64,000 bases of DNA, taken from positions 39,174 through 103,173 of the IMG/VR virus record IMGVR_UViG_3300008255_000114. The stretch is one strand, 5' to 3'. A program made the position numbers and the translations under genes. The stretch's first letter is position 1, and the number at the start of each line of letters is the position of its first letter. A model generated the notes under the pieces. That model worked only from the letters and a program-made list of their open reading frames with translations. It ran no database searches and had not been told where the DNA came from. Positions 19,389-28,581 of this stretch are shown piece by piece. The stretch is from a virus.

Positions 19389-21533
19389 ATGGCAATTCCA
19401 GTAGTAATAGAAACAGAAGTTTATCAAGGTAAATCAAGTCGTTCAGCTAATTTTGGTATGGAGTTTTCCGCTAAGTTAGCACGTACGCTATCATCCACAT
19501 TGTATGACTATAAAATTGAAGCTTGTATTCGAGAGTATGCTACCAATGTTACAGATAGTCACAACGATTCTGGTAAGCGGGGTTTGGCTGGGTACATACA
19601 TCTACCAACTAAAATGGAACCTTGGTATGAAGCAGAAGACTTTGGCTTAGGTATGACAGAAGATACCATTTACTCTATCTTCACAGTATATGGTAAGTCT
19701 ACTAAAGAAGGTAATAACAGTACGAATGGAAACCTTGGTTTTGGGAGCAAATGTGGGTTTAGCGTAGGAGGCCAGTTCACAGTTACCTCTATGAAGGACG
19801 GTATTAAAACTGTTGTAGTGTGTTATAAAGATAAATCTGGTGTTCCTGCTGCAGATACGAAATCCATCACTAAAACTACTGAAGGTAACGGAACTAGAAT
19901 CCGTGTACCTGTAAACACAAAGGATATCAGTGCTTGGCAATTAAATGGAGCTAAGGTATTAGGTGCTTTTGAAGTACCACATAAAGTTAATAGTTTTGGT
20001 TTGTATGGTGCAGAATATGAAGCTACACGAGAAATATGTAATCGTGCACGTCAAGAAGGTAGTATTTACTTAGATAGTAATAGTCTAGGTGAATTTGAAC
20101 ATAGAGATACTCGCTTTGTATTAATGGGTGATGTATTATATGCAGTCCCTTCATGGAAAGATTTAGTACGGGTTACTGGTTTGAAGGATGTGTCTCACAC
20201 TATGACAGATAGCGGAGTTTACATTACACACTTCCCCATTGGGTCTTTAGATTTTGCACCAAGTAGGGAGACTATTAGTTTAGACGAACAGACTTTTTCC
20301 TTATTAAGTAAACGTGTCACTAGTGATGTCATTAAATACTATCGTACCCTTATGAGTGAAGTTACTAACGAAGATAGCTCTAGTTGGTACCTATTCTACA
20401 AGAAGTTCTATGGAACCACTGTGTGGTCTGCATTGGCTGATTATAAACTTCCCTTTACCGATGGTTGGACTTTACATAGAACAACACCAAATAATTACAG
20501 TTACAACGGGACATTCACAGGTAATAAAATTCACCTAGTACCAAAAGACTTTAAGCTTAGTGGGTTAGTCCCTCCAAATAAAAAAGGTATTGGTGGTACA
20601 GCTTTTAATACATCGGTTGAATGGTTACACCAAGAAAGATTATCTCGTATGGATAATGTGGTGTTAGTATACAGCGACAAGGAAGAAGGTCTTAATAAAA
20701 AGAAAGAAGTATTGCAGTTAGTTAATGATAAGTTCCCAGACTCTAATGCTATTCTATACTGTCAGCACAAAACTATGTTAAATAATGTTGCTAAGTGGTT
20801 TGGGGTTCCTCCAGAACGTACAGTATGTGGTGATGAGTTCGTACCTGTAAAGGTACGCAAGGTTAGAGCTAAAGGTAGTAGTCGTGGAGGTTTTGGTATC
20901 ACAGAAGACTTCTACACTGTCGCCACCACCCTCACACAAAATGGGCAAGTACATGGTAAGGTGGATTTATCTGAAGATGGTATTTTCTACGTTGACGGTA
21001 AATTATTAGAGGTACAAGGTTACAATACAGTACATACTTTTAGTGACAATAGCTTAGTTAGGAAGTTACCCCACTTAGACACTCTTGGTATTAATAAAGT
21101 AATCGTTGCCAATAAAAATAATATTGGTAAAATAAAGCGTAATGGTGTACCTTGTTTATCCAAGCACTTATCCTCTTTAGTTAAGAAGAAAGTTAATACT
21201 GTTGTGAAATGTCAAGTAGCTTCTACTGCAAGACTTGGTTTGGACTATAAACAGAAGGCTGTGGCAGATAAGGTTAAAGGTTATACTAGATTCAACAAAC
21301 ATCTAGACAAGTTGAAAAAGGATAATGACCTAGCCACAGCTATTTTAAGTATTAGTGATTTTGGTGTTGGTACTCTACCTAAATATAAGGAAGAGAAAAG
21401 TAAACTCACTACTCTACGTACAGCAGTGTTCGATGATCTACATGACATTAAACAGAGATTACCATTGTGGGATAGTATAAGTAATGAAGATGACTTTAAC
21501 TACTACCTGAAACTTGAAAAATTTATTAAATAA
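19389..21533 (+). CDS. rIIA: rIIA-like protein
   Basis: GHKL-like N-terminus: LSSTLY, IREYATN..DSH, DFGLGM, YGKSTK, GNLGFGSK; also LDFAPSRETIS. Confidence 0.9.
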   Translation: MAIPVVIETEVYQGKSSRSANFGMEFSAKLARTLSSTLYDYKIEACIREYATNVTDSHNDSGKRGLAGYIHLPTKMEPWYEAEDFGLGMTEDTIYSIFTVYGKSTKEGNNSTNGNLGFGSKCGFSVGGQFTVTSMKDGIKTVVVCYKDKSGVPAADTKSITKTTEGNGTRIRVPVNTKDISAWQLNGAKVLGAFEVPHKVNSFGLYGAEYEATREICNRARQEGSIYLDSNSLGEFEHRDTRFVLMGDVLYAVPSWKDLVRVTGLKDVSHTMTDSGVYITHFPIGSLDFAPSRETISLDEQTFSLLSKRVTSDVIKYYRTLMSEVTNEDSSSWYLFYKKFYGTTVWSALADYKLPFTDGWTLHRTTPNNYSYNGTFTGNKIHLVPKDFKLSGLVPPNKKGIGGTAFNTSVEWLHQERLSRMDNVVLVYSDKEEGLNKKKEVLQLVNDKFPDSNAILYCQHKTMLNNVAKWFGVPPERTVCGDEFVPVKVRKVRAKGSSRGGFGITEDFYTVATTLTQNGQVHGKVDLSEDGIFYVDGKLLEVQGYNTVHTFSDNSLVRKLPHLDTLGINKVIVANKNNIGKIKRNGVPCLSKHLSSLVKKKVNTVVKCQVASTARLGLDYKQKAVADKVKGYTRFNKHLDKLKKDNDLATAILSISDFGVGTLPKYKEEKSKLTTLRTAVFDDLHDIKQRLPLWDSISNEDDFNYYLKLEKFIK

Positions 21534-21544
21534 TTGGAGGATTT

Positions 21545-22444
21545 ATGAGTAACCGTAGCGATATTGTAAAGTGTAAGACACAACAGGAAAAGGTTGATAT
21601 CTTTAATCGGTATAACAAACAGCAGCATAAGAACAAAACTAAATTAGCCAAACGGGTGGGCATCTCACTTCGTACACTAAATAGGATATTAAAAGAGTTT
21701 GATACTGATGTCGTAGGTATTCAAACGAAAGTAGATAATTATGATTACACTGTAACCAAAGACGCCATCACTATCTTCTGTAATGAAGATTCTCGCTTGG
21801 TGAATAAAGGTTACCCTAAGTTCAAAACTATCAGAAGTAAATTAATCAGTGAAGATTTCTCTGATGAGGTACTAAAAGAAACTTTTGAAATGTTATCACT
21901 ACCTACTTTTATTGAAAAGTTTAGTGAGGGTAATATTACAGTGTCGCATGAAGAGGGTAAAATCTTTTATGGTACGTTTGAGATTAAGAATAGTCTAGTC
22001 ACACACATGTTTGATATTATGTCTAGAGGAGAGGATGTAATGCCGATGGTGCGCTTCTTAGACATGCTTATGGATAACCCTAAAGAATCTATCGTGGAAG
22101 AATTGTATCCCTTCATGCAGCACAACGATATTGAAATTAATGAGGATGGAACCATTAAAGCATATCGTAATGTCACTATGGATTATAAAGACCACCACAC
22201 TGGTACAATGGATAATTATATTGGTAAGGTAGTTAAGATGCCGAGAACTATGGTTGACAGTAATCCAAACAACACTTGTTCTAGTGGTATTCATTGTGCA
22301 TCTATTGGTTATGCTAAAGGTTTCGGTGGTGGACGTCTTATGGAAGTAATGGTAAACCCATCACATGTGTGTTCAGTACCTACAGACTACAGTGGTATGA
22401 AAATGCGAGTTTGTGAACTTAAGGTTGTCAAAGAGGTGACTTAA
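21545..22444 (+). CDS. rIIB: rIIB-like protein
   Basis: N-terminal HTH; FL..LM.NP, ELYPF, EDG.I.AYR, NTCSSGIH and VCSVPTDY. Confidence 0.9.
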   Translation: MSNRSDIVKCKTQQEKVDIFNRYNKQQHKNKTKLAKRVGISLRTLNRILKEFDTDVVGIQTKVDNYDYTVTKDAITIFCNEDSRLVNKGYPKFKTIRSKLISEDFSDEVLKETFEMLSLPTFIEKFSEGNITVSHEEGKIFYGTFEIKNSLVTHMFDIMSRGEDVMPMVRFLDMLMDNPKESIVEELYPFMQHNDIEINEDGTIKAYRNVTMDYKDHHTGTMDNYIGKVVKMPRTMVDSNPNNTCSSGIHCASIGYAKGFGGGRLMEVMVNPSHVCSVPTDYSGMKMRVCELKVVKEVT

Positions 22445-22596
22445 TGTATAACAAAAATTCACAATGACATTAATATAAGCACAAAGGTACAGTAATTTGT
22501 ATGTTTGTGCTTATATTTTTAAATTAAATAAAAACCTTGACGTGGGTAATTGAACAAGGTATTGTTGTGTTCGAAGAGTAATTGATGGAGGTACTT

Positions 22597-22857
22597 ATGA
22601 ATATTTACACATCAGAAATGTCAGGTAGTGGTCAATATGGAAAGTGTACACACTGTGGTAAACTTCCTATACTTGATAATACAGAAGGTAGTGAACATGA
22701 AGTGTATGACGGATGTCTTGGTAAGCTTACTGGTGATGTCATGAATGCATGTTGTGGTCATGGTGATCCAAGTTTAGCTTACATACAGAGATGGGATGGG
22801 AGTTGTATACGTGGTGACGAAGCTATTGTTAAATTTAAAGAATTGAAAGGAGAGTAA
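22597..22857 (+). CDS. small Cys-rich hypothetical protein
   Basis: GGAGG RBS; CxxC, DGCLG.L and NACCGHG. Confidence 0.65.
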   Translation: MNIYTSEMSGSGQYGKCTHCGKLPILDNTEGSEHEVYDGCLGKLTGDVMNACCGHGDPSLAYIQRWDGSCIRGDEAIVKFKELKGE

Positions 22858-22862
22858 CACAA

Positions 22863-23132
22863 ATGGATAACACTATAGCAATATTTTTATTCTTTGGTTT
22901 TGTAGTATACTCAATAGCAATGGTAGCTTTAACCGCTTATTGGTGGGAAGTTCATTGCTTTAGGTACCCAAAAGAAGGTTTCAAACTCAAGTACCTTATT
23001 GTGTTTATCCTAGCGCCCCACTCAACTATTTTTACTTTATTATTAATAAGTATTCAAATATCAGTTGAAACGGTGTTATCATCTAAACCATACGAGAATA
23101 TTATCAATTTTATTAACAAAGATTTATTTTAA
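22863..23132 (+). CDS. membrane protein
   Basis: two hydrophobic segments; AAGGAG RBS. Confidence 0.6.
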   Translation: MDNTIAIFLFFGFVVYSIAMVALTAYWWEVHCFRYPKEGFKLKYLIVFILAPHSTIFTLLLISIQISVETVLSSKPYENIINFINKDLF

Positions 23133-23142
23133 GGAGAGTGTT

Positions 23143-23913
23143 ATGTTGACAGTTAGAGAGTTTAAAGATTTAGGTGGAGTGTATGTTACCAAAGATATTT
23201 TTATGGGTATATCATTGACAACAGAAGGTGCTGCACGTTTAAACACCTACAATCTCTGGGACAATAAGGTTGTAGTTGATAGCTTTACATTAAGGCCAAT
23301 GGATACTTTACCACTTAACCCAAAGTTTAATTATGCAATCTTCAATCTTGGTGATAAAGATCAGAAATGGGTACCATTGCTTGACCAAGAAGTGCAGCAT
23401 AATCAGCATAACATAGATGAGGTTTTTAAATCTTACGAGAAAATAAATAATGGTGGAGCCAATTTTACCATTCACGAGAAAGCTAACGAAATTATTGCAG
23501 ATAAGTTGAAGGCATTAAGGTTAGCTAAGTCAAATAAACCTACCCCACACCAAGCACCTGAAGTAGGTACCACTCTGGTATTCAATCATTCCATCGACGG
23601 TGATTTTGGTTTCCTTCACAGTGAGAAGTATGGATGGGAAAATGGTGACAGTTTAGAAGTTATTCATAAGACAACAAACCATAATGGTTGTGAAGTATTT
23701 ATTGTGTTGAATACTCAACCTGATATGCTTAATACTGCAGCGATATATAACGTGGAGTTCTTTGATACTAGGACACCAAAGCAAAAATTTATTGAGGGTG
23801 CTGCTAAAATTATGTTTGAGGTTGAAGGTGGTGGTCACCAGATAAATGATATAACACTTGGTGCACTATATGATTCAGAAGTACTAAAGGAGATGTTGCA
23901 TGAAAAACTTTAA
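23143..23913 (+). CDS. hypothetical protein
   Basis: AAGGAG RBS before ATG 23143. Confidence 0.65.
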   Translation: MLTVREFKDLGGVYVTKDIFMGISLTTEGAARLNTYNLWDNKVVVDSFTLRPMDTLPLNPKFNYAIFNLGDKDQKWVPLLDQEVQHNQHNIDEVFKSYEKINNGGANFTIHEKANEIIADKLKALRLAKSNKPTPHQAPEVGTTLVFNHSIDGDFGFLHSEKYGWENGDSLEVIHKTTNHNGCEVFIVLNTQPDMLNTAAIYNVEFFDTRTPKQKFIEGAAKIMFEVEGGGHQINDITLGALYDSEVLKEMLHEKL

Positions 23914-24094
23914 TTTAATTACAACACTATTTGTACTGAGTATCATTGGTACATTGATAGCTATGTTAGGTATGGTTGATTTTAGTACCATACCTTCTTG
24001 GTCTGAATTTAAATTCCAATTAGAACAACCATTAGAATGGAAGAACTGGCATTATGTATTATTAGGGTTTCTAATTTTTATTAATGGGAGATAA
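23900..24094 (+). CDS. small membrane protein
   Basis: two hydrophobic segments; AAGGAG RBS. Confidence 0.6.
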   Translation: MKNFNLITTLFVLSIIGTLIAMLGMVDFSTIPSWSEFKFQLEQPLEWKNWHYVLLGFLIFINGR

Positions 24095-24204
24095 TATGGA
24101 TATCCAAGAAGATTCAACTTATCAGTGCAGTTTATGCAAAAATTATGTTGAAGTTTTAGATGACAACGATAAGTGTGAAGATTGTGTTGAGGAGATTGAA
24201 TTAT

Positions 24205-24498
24205 ATGAATACAACTAAAATGTCTGCTGTGTTTCACAAGGGTTATATAGAGGCAGATTTTAATAATGGGTCTATATTGGAAAACGGTTATCCTATTTTT
24301 GTGGGCGGTTGTGGATATAAAGCTAAAGCTATTGTACTCGCAGTTAACTGTTATGATGAATTAGTAGAAGATAATAAGTTATTACGTGACACACTGTTAC
24401 ATATTGTAATGAAAGTAGAGATGATTGGTGGTTTTCCTGACAAAGGGTTGTTGAAGGAAGCTAGGAGTCTTATAAGTAAATTAAGTGAGGAGAATTAA
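24205..24498 (+). CDS. hypothetical protein
   Basis: GAGGAG RBS before ATG 24205. Confidence 0.55.
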   Translation: MNTTKMSAVFHKGYIEADFNNGSILENGYPIFVGGCGYKAKAIVLAVNCYDELVEDNKLLRDTLLHIVMKVEMIGGFPDKGLLKEARSLISKLSEEN

Positions 24499-24499
24499 A

Positions 24500-25555
24500 A
24501 TGTCTACACAAAAATTAAGTCTTGTTGCATACAATACAGAGAAGGGTTTGTACTACGCAAACTCTAAATGGAACTACCTTAAGAAGCGTGACAGTATTTG
24601 CAATGTAACTTTAATAAACGGTAAACCTTTAGTTGAAAGTGAACACAAAAGTGATTGGTACTTCTTAGAAGGTGAGAGTGAAATAACTTCTATTAAAAAG
24701 AATCAATCTGGTGGTTATGGAGAAGTATCTTGGGTATTACGAGATGAATCCACACACATTGAGGGTGTTATTCCTAAAGTGCTAACTCCTATTGAGGCTG
24801 ATGAAATTGATGAAGATTGTGATTGGTACATTGGCTCTGAAAGTAAGTATTATGCTTACAGAGGATTATATCACCGTGTCAAAGACAGACTGCCAGATGT
24901 CATGATTGATGTCGAATATGAAGTAGATTACAAAGGTACTATTGAGCACACTTTAGTTGAGAACAATTTCAAGGATATGAAGGTTCGTGTTATTACTAAA
25001 AACTTTTACTCTGATAAAGTAGTTGAGAATAACATTACTTCAGTTGCACATTACTATGAACTTGAGGAGTTATTAACACCAGACTTAGTGTTACACAATC
25101 GTCCATGTTATATCAACCAAGACAATACTTATAACATTGTACGCAACTATATTAAGGAAAACATTAACCCTAAGTATGCTAGGGTGAGTGCTGACTATGA
25201 CTTCTGCCTCACTGTAAAGAAACTAATTCACATTAAACCTTTTGTGAAGAGTACAGAGACTAAAAAGAGTAATGGTAGAAGTTATGCTAAACCTAAATTT
25301 AAAACACAAACAATCTCCACTAAAGAAGTAGAAATATTTGAAATGTGTCCAAGTAAGAAGTATAATACCTACACACCAATTGACGGTTTCAAAGGTGATA
25401 GCCTTGCAGACTTAGTGGAGAATATGAAGTTATACTTAGGTACTTTAATGGATACAATCAACGCTCCAGTACATGAGTGTGAGTCCTGTGGTGGATTAGG
25501 TTGTACATATGACAAAGTAGATGATATTAATATTAGAGGGAGTGATAGTAAATAA
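24500..25555 (+). CDS. hypothetical protein with C-terminal CxxCxGxG
   Basis: GAGGAG RBS; 351-aa ORF. Confidence 0.7.
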   Translation: MSTQKLSLVAYNTEKGLYYANSKWNYLKKRDSICNVTLINGKPLVESEHKSDWYFLEGESEITSIKKNQSGGYGEVSWVLRDESTHIEGVIPKVLTPIEADEIDEDCDWYIGSESKYYAYRGLYHRVKDRLPDVMIDVEYEVDYKGTIEHTLVENNFKDMKVRVITKNFYSDKVVENNITSVAHYYELEELLTPDLVLHNRPCYINQDNTYNIVRNYIKENINPKYARVSADYDFCLTVKKLIHIKPFVKSTETKKSNGRSYAKPKFKTQTISTKEVEIFEMCPSKKYNTYTPIDGFKGDSLADLVENMKLYLGTLMDTINAPVHECESCGGLGCTYDKVDDINIRGSDSK

Positions 25556-25875
25556 TGAAAACATTAGCACAATTATTGATTGAATATAATATTGAAAGAG
25601 GTTATGATGTCTCTATTGAAGGGTTACGTGAGACACTGTCAGAATGTTTCCCAGCTAAATGGCAAGGAGATTCAGTAGAGTATCGTTGGCGTGTAGAAGA
25701 GTCTCGTGTAGTTGAGATTATTGATGATAATACACCACGATATTTTATGTTTGATGTATGCACATACTCGGGTGATAACAGTTGGGAAGATGCAGGGTTC
25801 ACATGGCAGTCATTTGATGATATGGTTGAAGTGGAACCTAAAGAGGTTCGTAGTATTAAATGGGTGGCTAAGTAA
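25555..25875 (+). CDS. hypothetical protein
   Basis: TAATG coupling with the upstream gene. Confidence 0.65.
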   Translation: MKTLAQLLIEYNIERGYDVSIEGLRETLSECFPAKWQGDSVEYRWRVEESRVVEIIDDNTPRYFMFDVCTYSGDNSWEDAGFTWQSFDDMVEVEPKEVRSIKWVAK

Positions 25876-25888
25876 AGGAGAATAAGAT

Positions 25889-26122
25889 ATGAAATTTGTA
25901 ACAAATACCGCTCCAGTTATTACCAACAATGTGTACCCTATGTGGAATATTGATACAGGTAAGGCTGATTGGTCTGAAGTGGTACTAGCAGATGAAGGTA
26001 CAATATTTAAAGTCAAAGCAGTCATGAATCAGATAGTATTTCTAGAGAATAATAGATACTCTATTAATGTAGATGTTAATGTATTTAAAGAATTCTTTGT
26101 GGCGCATGAAGTGGAGGTGTAA
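25889..26122 (+). CDS. hypothetical protein
   Basis: AAGGAG RBS. Confidence 0.6.
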   Translation: MKFVTNTAPVITNNVYPMWNIDTGKADWSEVVLADEGTIFKVKAVMNQIVFLENNRYSINVDVNVFKEFFVAHEVEV

Positions 26123-26216
26123 CATAGAAGATATAAAGTGCAGAGTGTTTGGTTTAGGGAATAACAAGCCTCCTACCATCATTGAAGTTAGGTTTACTAA
26201 GAGTTAATATATCACC

Positions 26217-26253
26217 ACACCACTTCAGTATAACAATTGAGGTGGTGTTTTTC
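26217..26253 (+). terminator. rho-independent terminator ending the + strand block
   Basis: ACACCACTTCA...TGAGGTGGTGT followed by TTTT. Confidence 0.7.
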
Positions 26254-26496
26254 TATGTATATCCTACGACTTAATAGGAAGCGTTTTAAGACATCTTACA
26301 CAATACCCTCACAACCACAACACTTCTTAAATATATCCTCTCACAGCTTCATACAGCTCACCTCATTACATTATAACACACTAGTTTACACACCATTTAA
26401 TATTAGATACCAATATTAATATAGAAAACATTGTTTTTAATCTAGTTAGATAACGATTACAACTGTAATACTTTAAACTGAATGTGTTAATTAACA

Positions 26497-26675
26497 CTGT
26501 ATATTTGTACAGTTATAATATTATTGTGTACACTGTTCATTATCTAATGTGATAGTGGAATATAAATACTACTGTATATTCATACATCACTGTACATATA
26601 AACAGGTATATTAAATAATGATATCAATACTTTGTATACTGTATTAATAGACTAATACACTGTATATAACCACAG
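26497..26675. promoter_or_regulatory. cluster of LexA (SOS) boxes
   Basis: CTGT-N8-ACAG at 26497 (CTGTATATTTGTACAG), 26590 (CTGTACATATAAACAG) and 26660 (CTGTATATAACCACAG); one-mismatch copy at 26572. Confidence 0.8.
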
Positions 26676-27221
26676 TAGTTTTATTCTAATGTTATTACTA
26701 TTGTAGTTTAAACTATCGCACCTTTCTGCAAGATAATATTCATCATACCAACCCAGTTTCTGAAAGATACCAACCCCTCCCGATTTTACCAATCTAAATA
26801 TAGCACCCCATTCTTGTATAAACCCCTACATAAAATATCCTACACCAGTATACACATCACCGAATATCATTGTAGCTTCCATAGAAGCCATCTAAGAGGC
26901 TGTAACACTATTAGCAAGGCCAATGTACTAGTATATAATTATAACTTAACTACGGAGCTTACAGGGATTATAGGGTGTATGATAAATTTATAATGTTGAG
27001 GATAGAGAAACACCCCCCACCCCCTATTTTGGGGGTAATAAAATGGCACCCCTGTTTGTCCCTATGTGGGACAGAAAATATCTATATGTTACACCTTAGG
27101 TGTGGGGATTAATGGAGTCTGATGGGATTAATGGTGGCACCTGAGGTGCAATAGTATAGTGATGAGTGGGGTTATAATGTGGGGAAATTCTAAGTTCTAT
27201 TGTCAAGCCATTAAGCAACTA

Positions 27222-27518
27222 AATGAGACTCATTATCATTCGCATTCAAATCGCCGAATATCGATAACACCCTTCAACCCCTTGCTGTGCCTACAATCGG
27301 CACCAACCTAGACCAATACTCACCACAAACTAACTTTATTCAACCTCGTTAACCTTTACCCAGTTTTAATACACATGTATAACCTGAGTTAAATACGAAT
27401 GATTATTATTAACCCACTATTATAGTTGAACCTAAACGGGGCAATTAATTACATTTGTAAATGATAACACTTATCATTTGTATTAGTATTCACAGTGCAA
27501 ATGGTAATGATTATCATT
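27222..27518. promoter_or_regulatory. cluster of Fur boxes
   Basis: 19-mers matching AATGANAATNATTNTCATT at 27222 (1 mismatch), 27392 (3), 27460 (2) and 27500 (1). Confidence 0.75.
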
Positions 27519-27588
27519 AGTGTTATTGTTCTATATTGTGGCGGTGTTAGCCACCAACTGTATAATAGTGTGATGCTATGCATCAAAG

Positions 27589-27667
27589 GTGAAGGGATGA
27601 AAGATTGTTAAGCATAACCTCGTTCGTTTCACTCACTCGTTAGCTCGCCAACTTCATCCGTCATCAC
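27589..27667 (-). ncRNA. candidate structured RNA or DNA hairpin
   Basis: outer arms GTGAAGGGATGAAAG / CTTCATCCGTCATCAC; lies just downstream of a minus-strand TATAAT at 27687-27692; no ORF. Confidence 0.3.
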
Positions 27668-28006
27668 AATTTAAAAGTTACCTACCATTATACTATTGAA
27701 CCAACGGTTCTACTTTTAATGTTAGTTAACCTAACGGTTATAAGTAAAGCCTTACATTACCATCTAATCATATGCTCAACACTTCTAACACTTAGTCACA
27801 CAGTGACAACCATTATATTATTGCACCTAATTGGTGCCAACATAATAAACTATGCACATCCTGTGCCAATTAAATTATAGTATTAAACACAGCATTACAT
27901 TAGCTAATTACAATATTAATTGTAAGCCTCTTAAATAGCGATTTAAGCTATTATCTTGTTTACCTTTACATTGGTATAGAAAGAAATAGATCGTTGAAAT
28001 TAGGTT

Positions 28007-28059
28007 TTATCCACAGAGTTACTAACAATGTATAATTGTTTATGTATAACTTATCCACA
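28007..28059. promoter_or_regulatory. DnaA boxes, putative origin element
   Basis: perfect TTATCCACA at 28007 and 28051; one-mismatch inverted box at 28041. Confidence 0.7.
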
Positions 28060-28363
28060 TTTTAATAGTTGTTGACATAATCTAATTCGTATATGTTGCA
28101 TTTCAATAGTTGGGGAAATTATTAAATTCGCGATAGCTAAGGATCTCCTACGTGGTTCAAATTGACCTATGGTGAAAGTACATTGTTTAACCAATAGTAC
28201 GGCGTTACTCTAACCTCTTATAAAGAGTATTTATCAATTGTGAACCTTGGTGCAATCAACAGTATTATGTCGTAATAGTAATATTAATGATTTGGTATTG
28301 TTGTGTAGGTGTTTTATAACTGGTATTATTATTGCATAGGTACATAAAAGGAGTAATACACAC

Positions 28364-28576
28364 ATGATTAATGACAATACACTAGAAGCTTACACAAAGA
28401 GTTTTAACTTATCTCATCAGACTAGGGAACTTGTAGACGACCTTTTAACAGGTAAGGTGACTACTGACCAATTCAATAGCAGGAAGTACCGTGCAAGACA
28501 GGCTAAAAAGTTGGGACTGCTATTTGACATGGTTATTGCTTATGAACTGTTTATCCTTCTTAAAAAGTCATTATAA
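28364..28576 (+). CDS. hypothetical protein
   Basis: AAGGAG RBS. Confidence 0.65.
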   Translation: MINDNTLEAYTKSFNLSHQTRELVDDLLTGKVTTDQFNSRKYRARQAKKLGLLFDMVIAYELFILLKKSL

Positions 28577-28581
28577 TATGT

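Larger units (their letters stand above)
27135..27869. repeat. dispersed palindrome family RNACC-N3..5-GGTNY, often followed by AATAR-TATAAT
   Basis: copies at 27135, about 27428, 27698, about 27727, 27822 and 27854 (plus 27091); two fit sigma54 GG-N10-GC and one fits NtrC. Confidence 0.55.

Noticed and set aside
26237-26419. 60-aa ORF after the + strand block
   Set aside because: Starts inside the terminator hairpin, has no RBS and has atypical composition.
26484-27492. IHF (26622), ArcA-like (26484) and ArgR-like (27479) matches
   Set aside because: Single matches to short AT-rich consensuses are expected by chance in this composition.
27589-27667. Hammerhead ribozyme (GUGAUGA ... GAAAC on the minus strand)
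   Set aside because: Core is GUGAUGA rather than CUGANGA, and the stems do not give the three-way junction.
27795-27807. GTCAC-ACA-GTGAC as a MatP matS site
   Set aside because: Half-sites are in the opposite order to matS (GTGAC-N3-GTCAC).
26400-28360. CRISPR array or tRNA cluster in the non-coding region
   Set aside because: No equal-length direct repeats with unique spacers; no cloverleaf or T-loop GTTCRA with acceptor stem seen.
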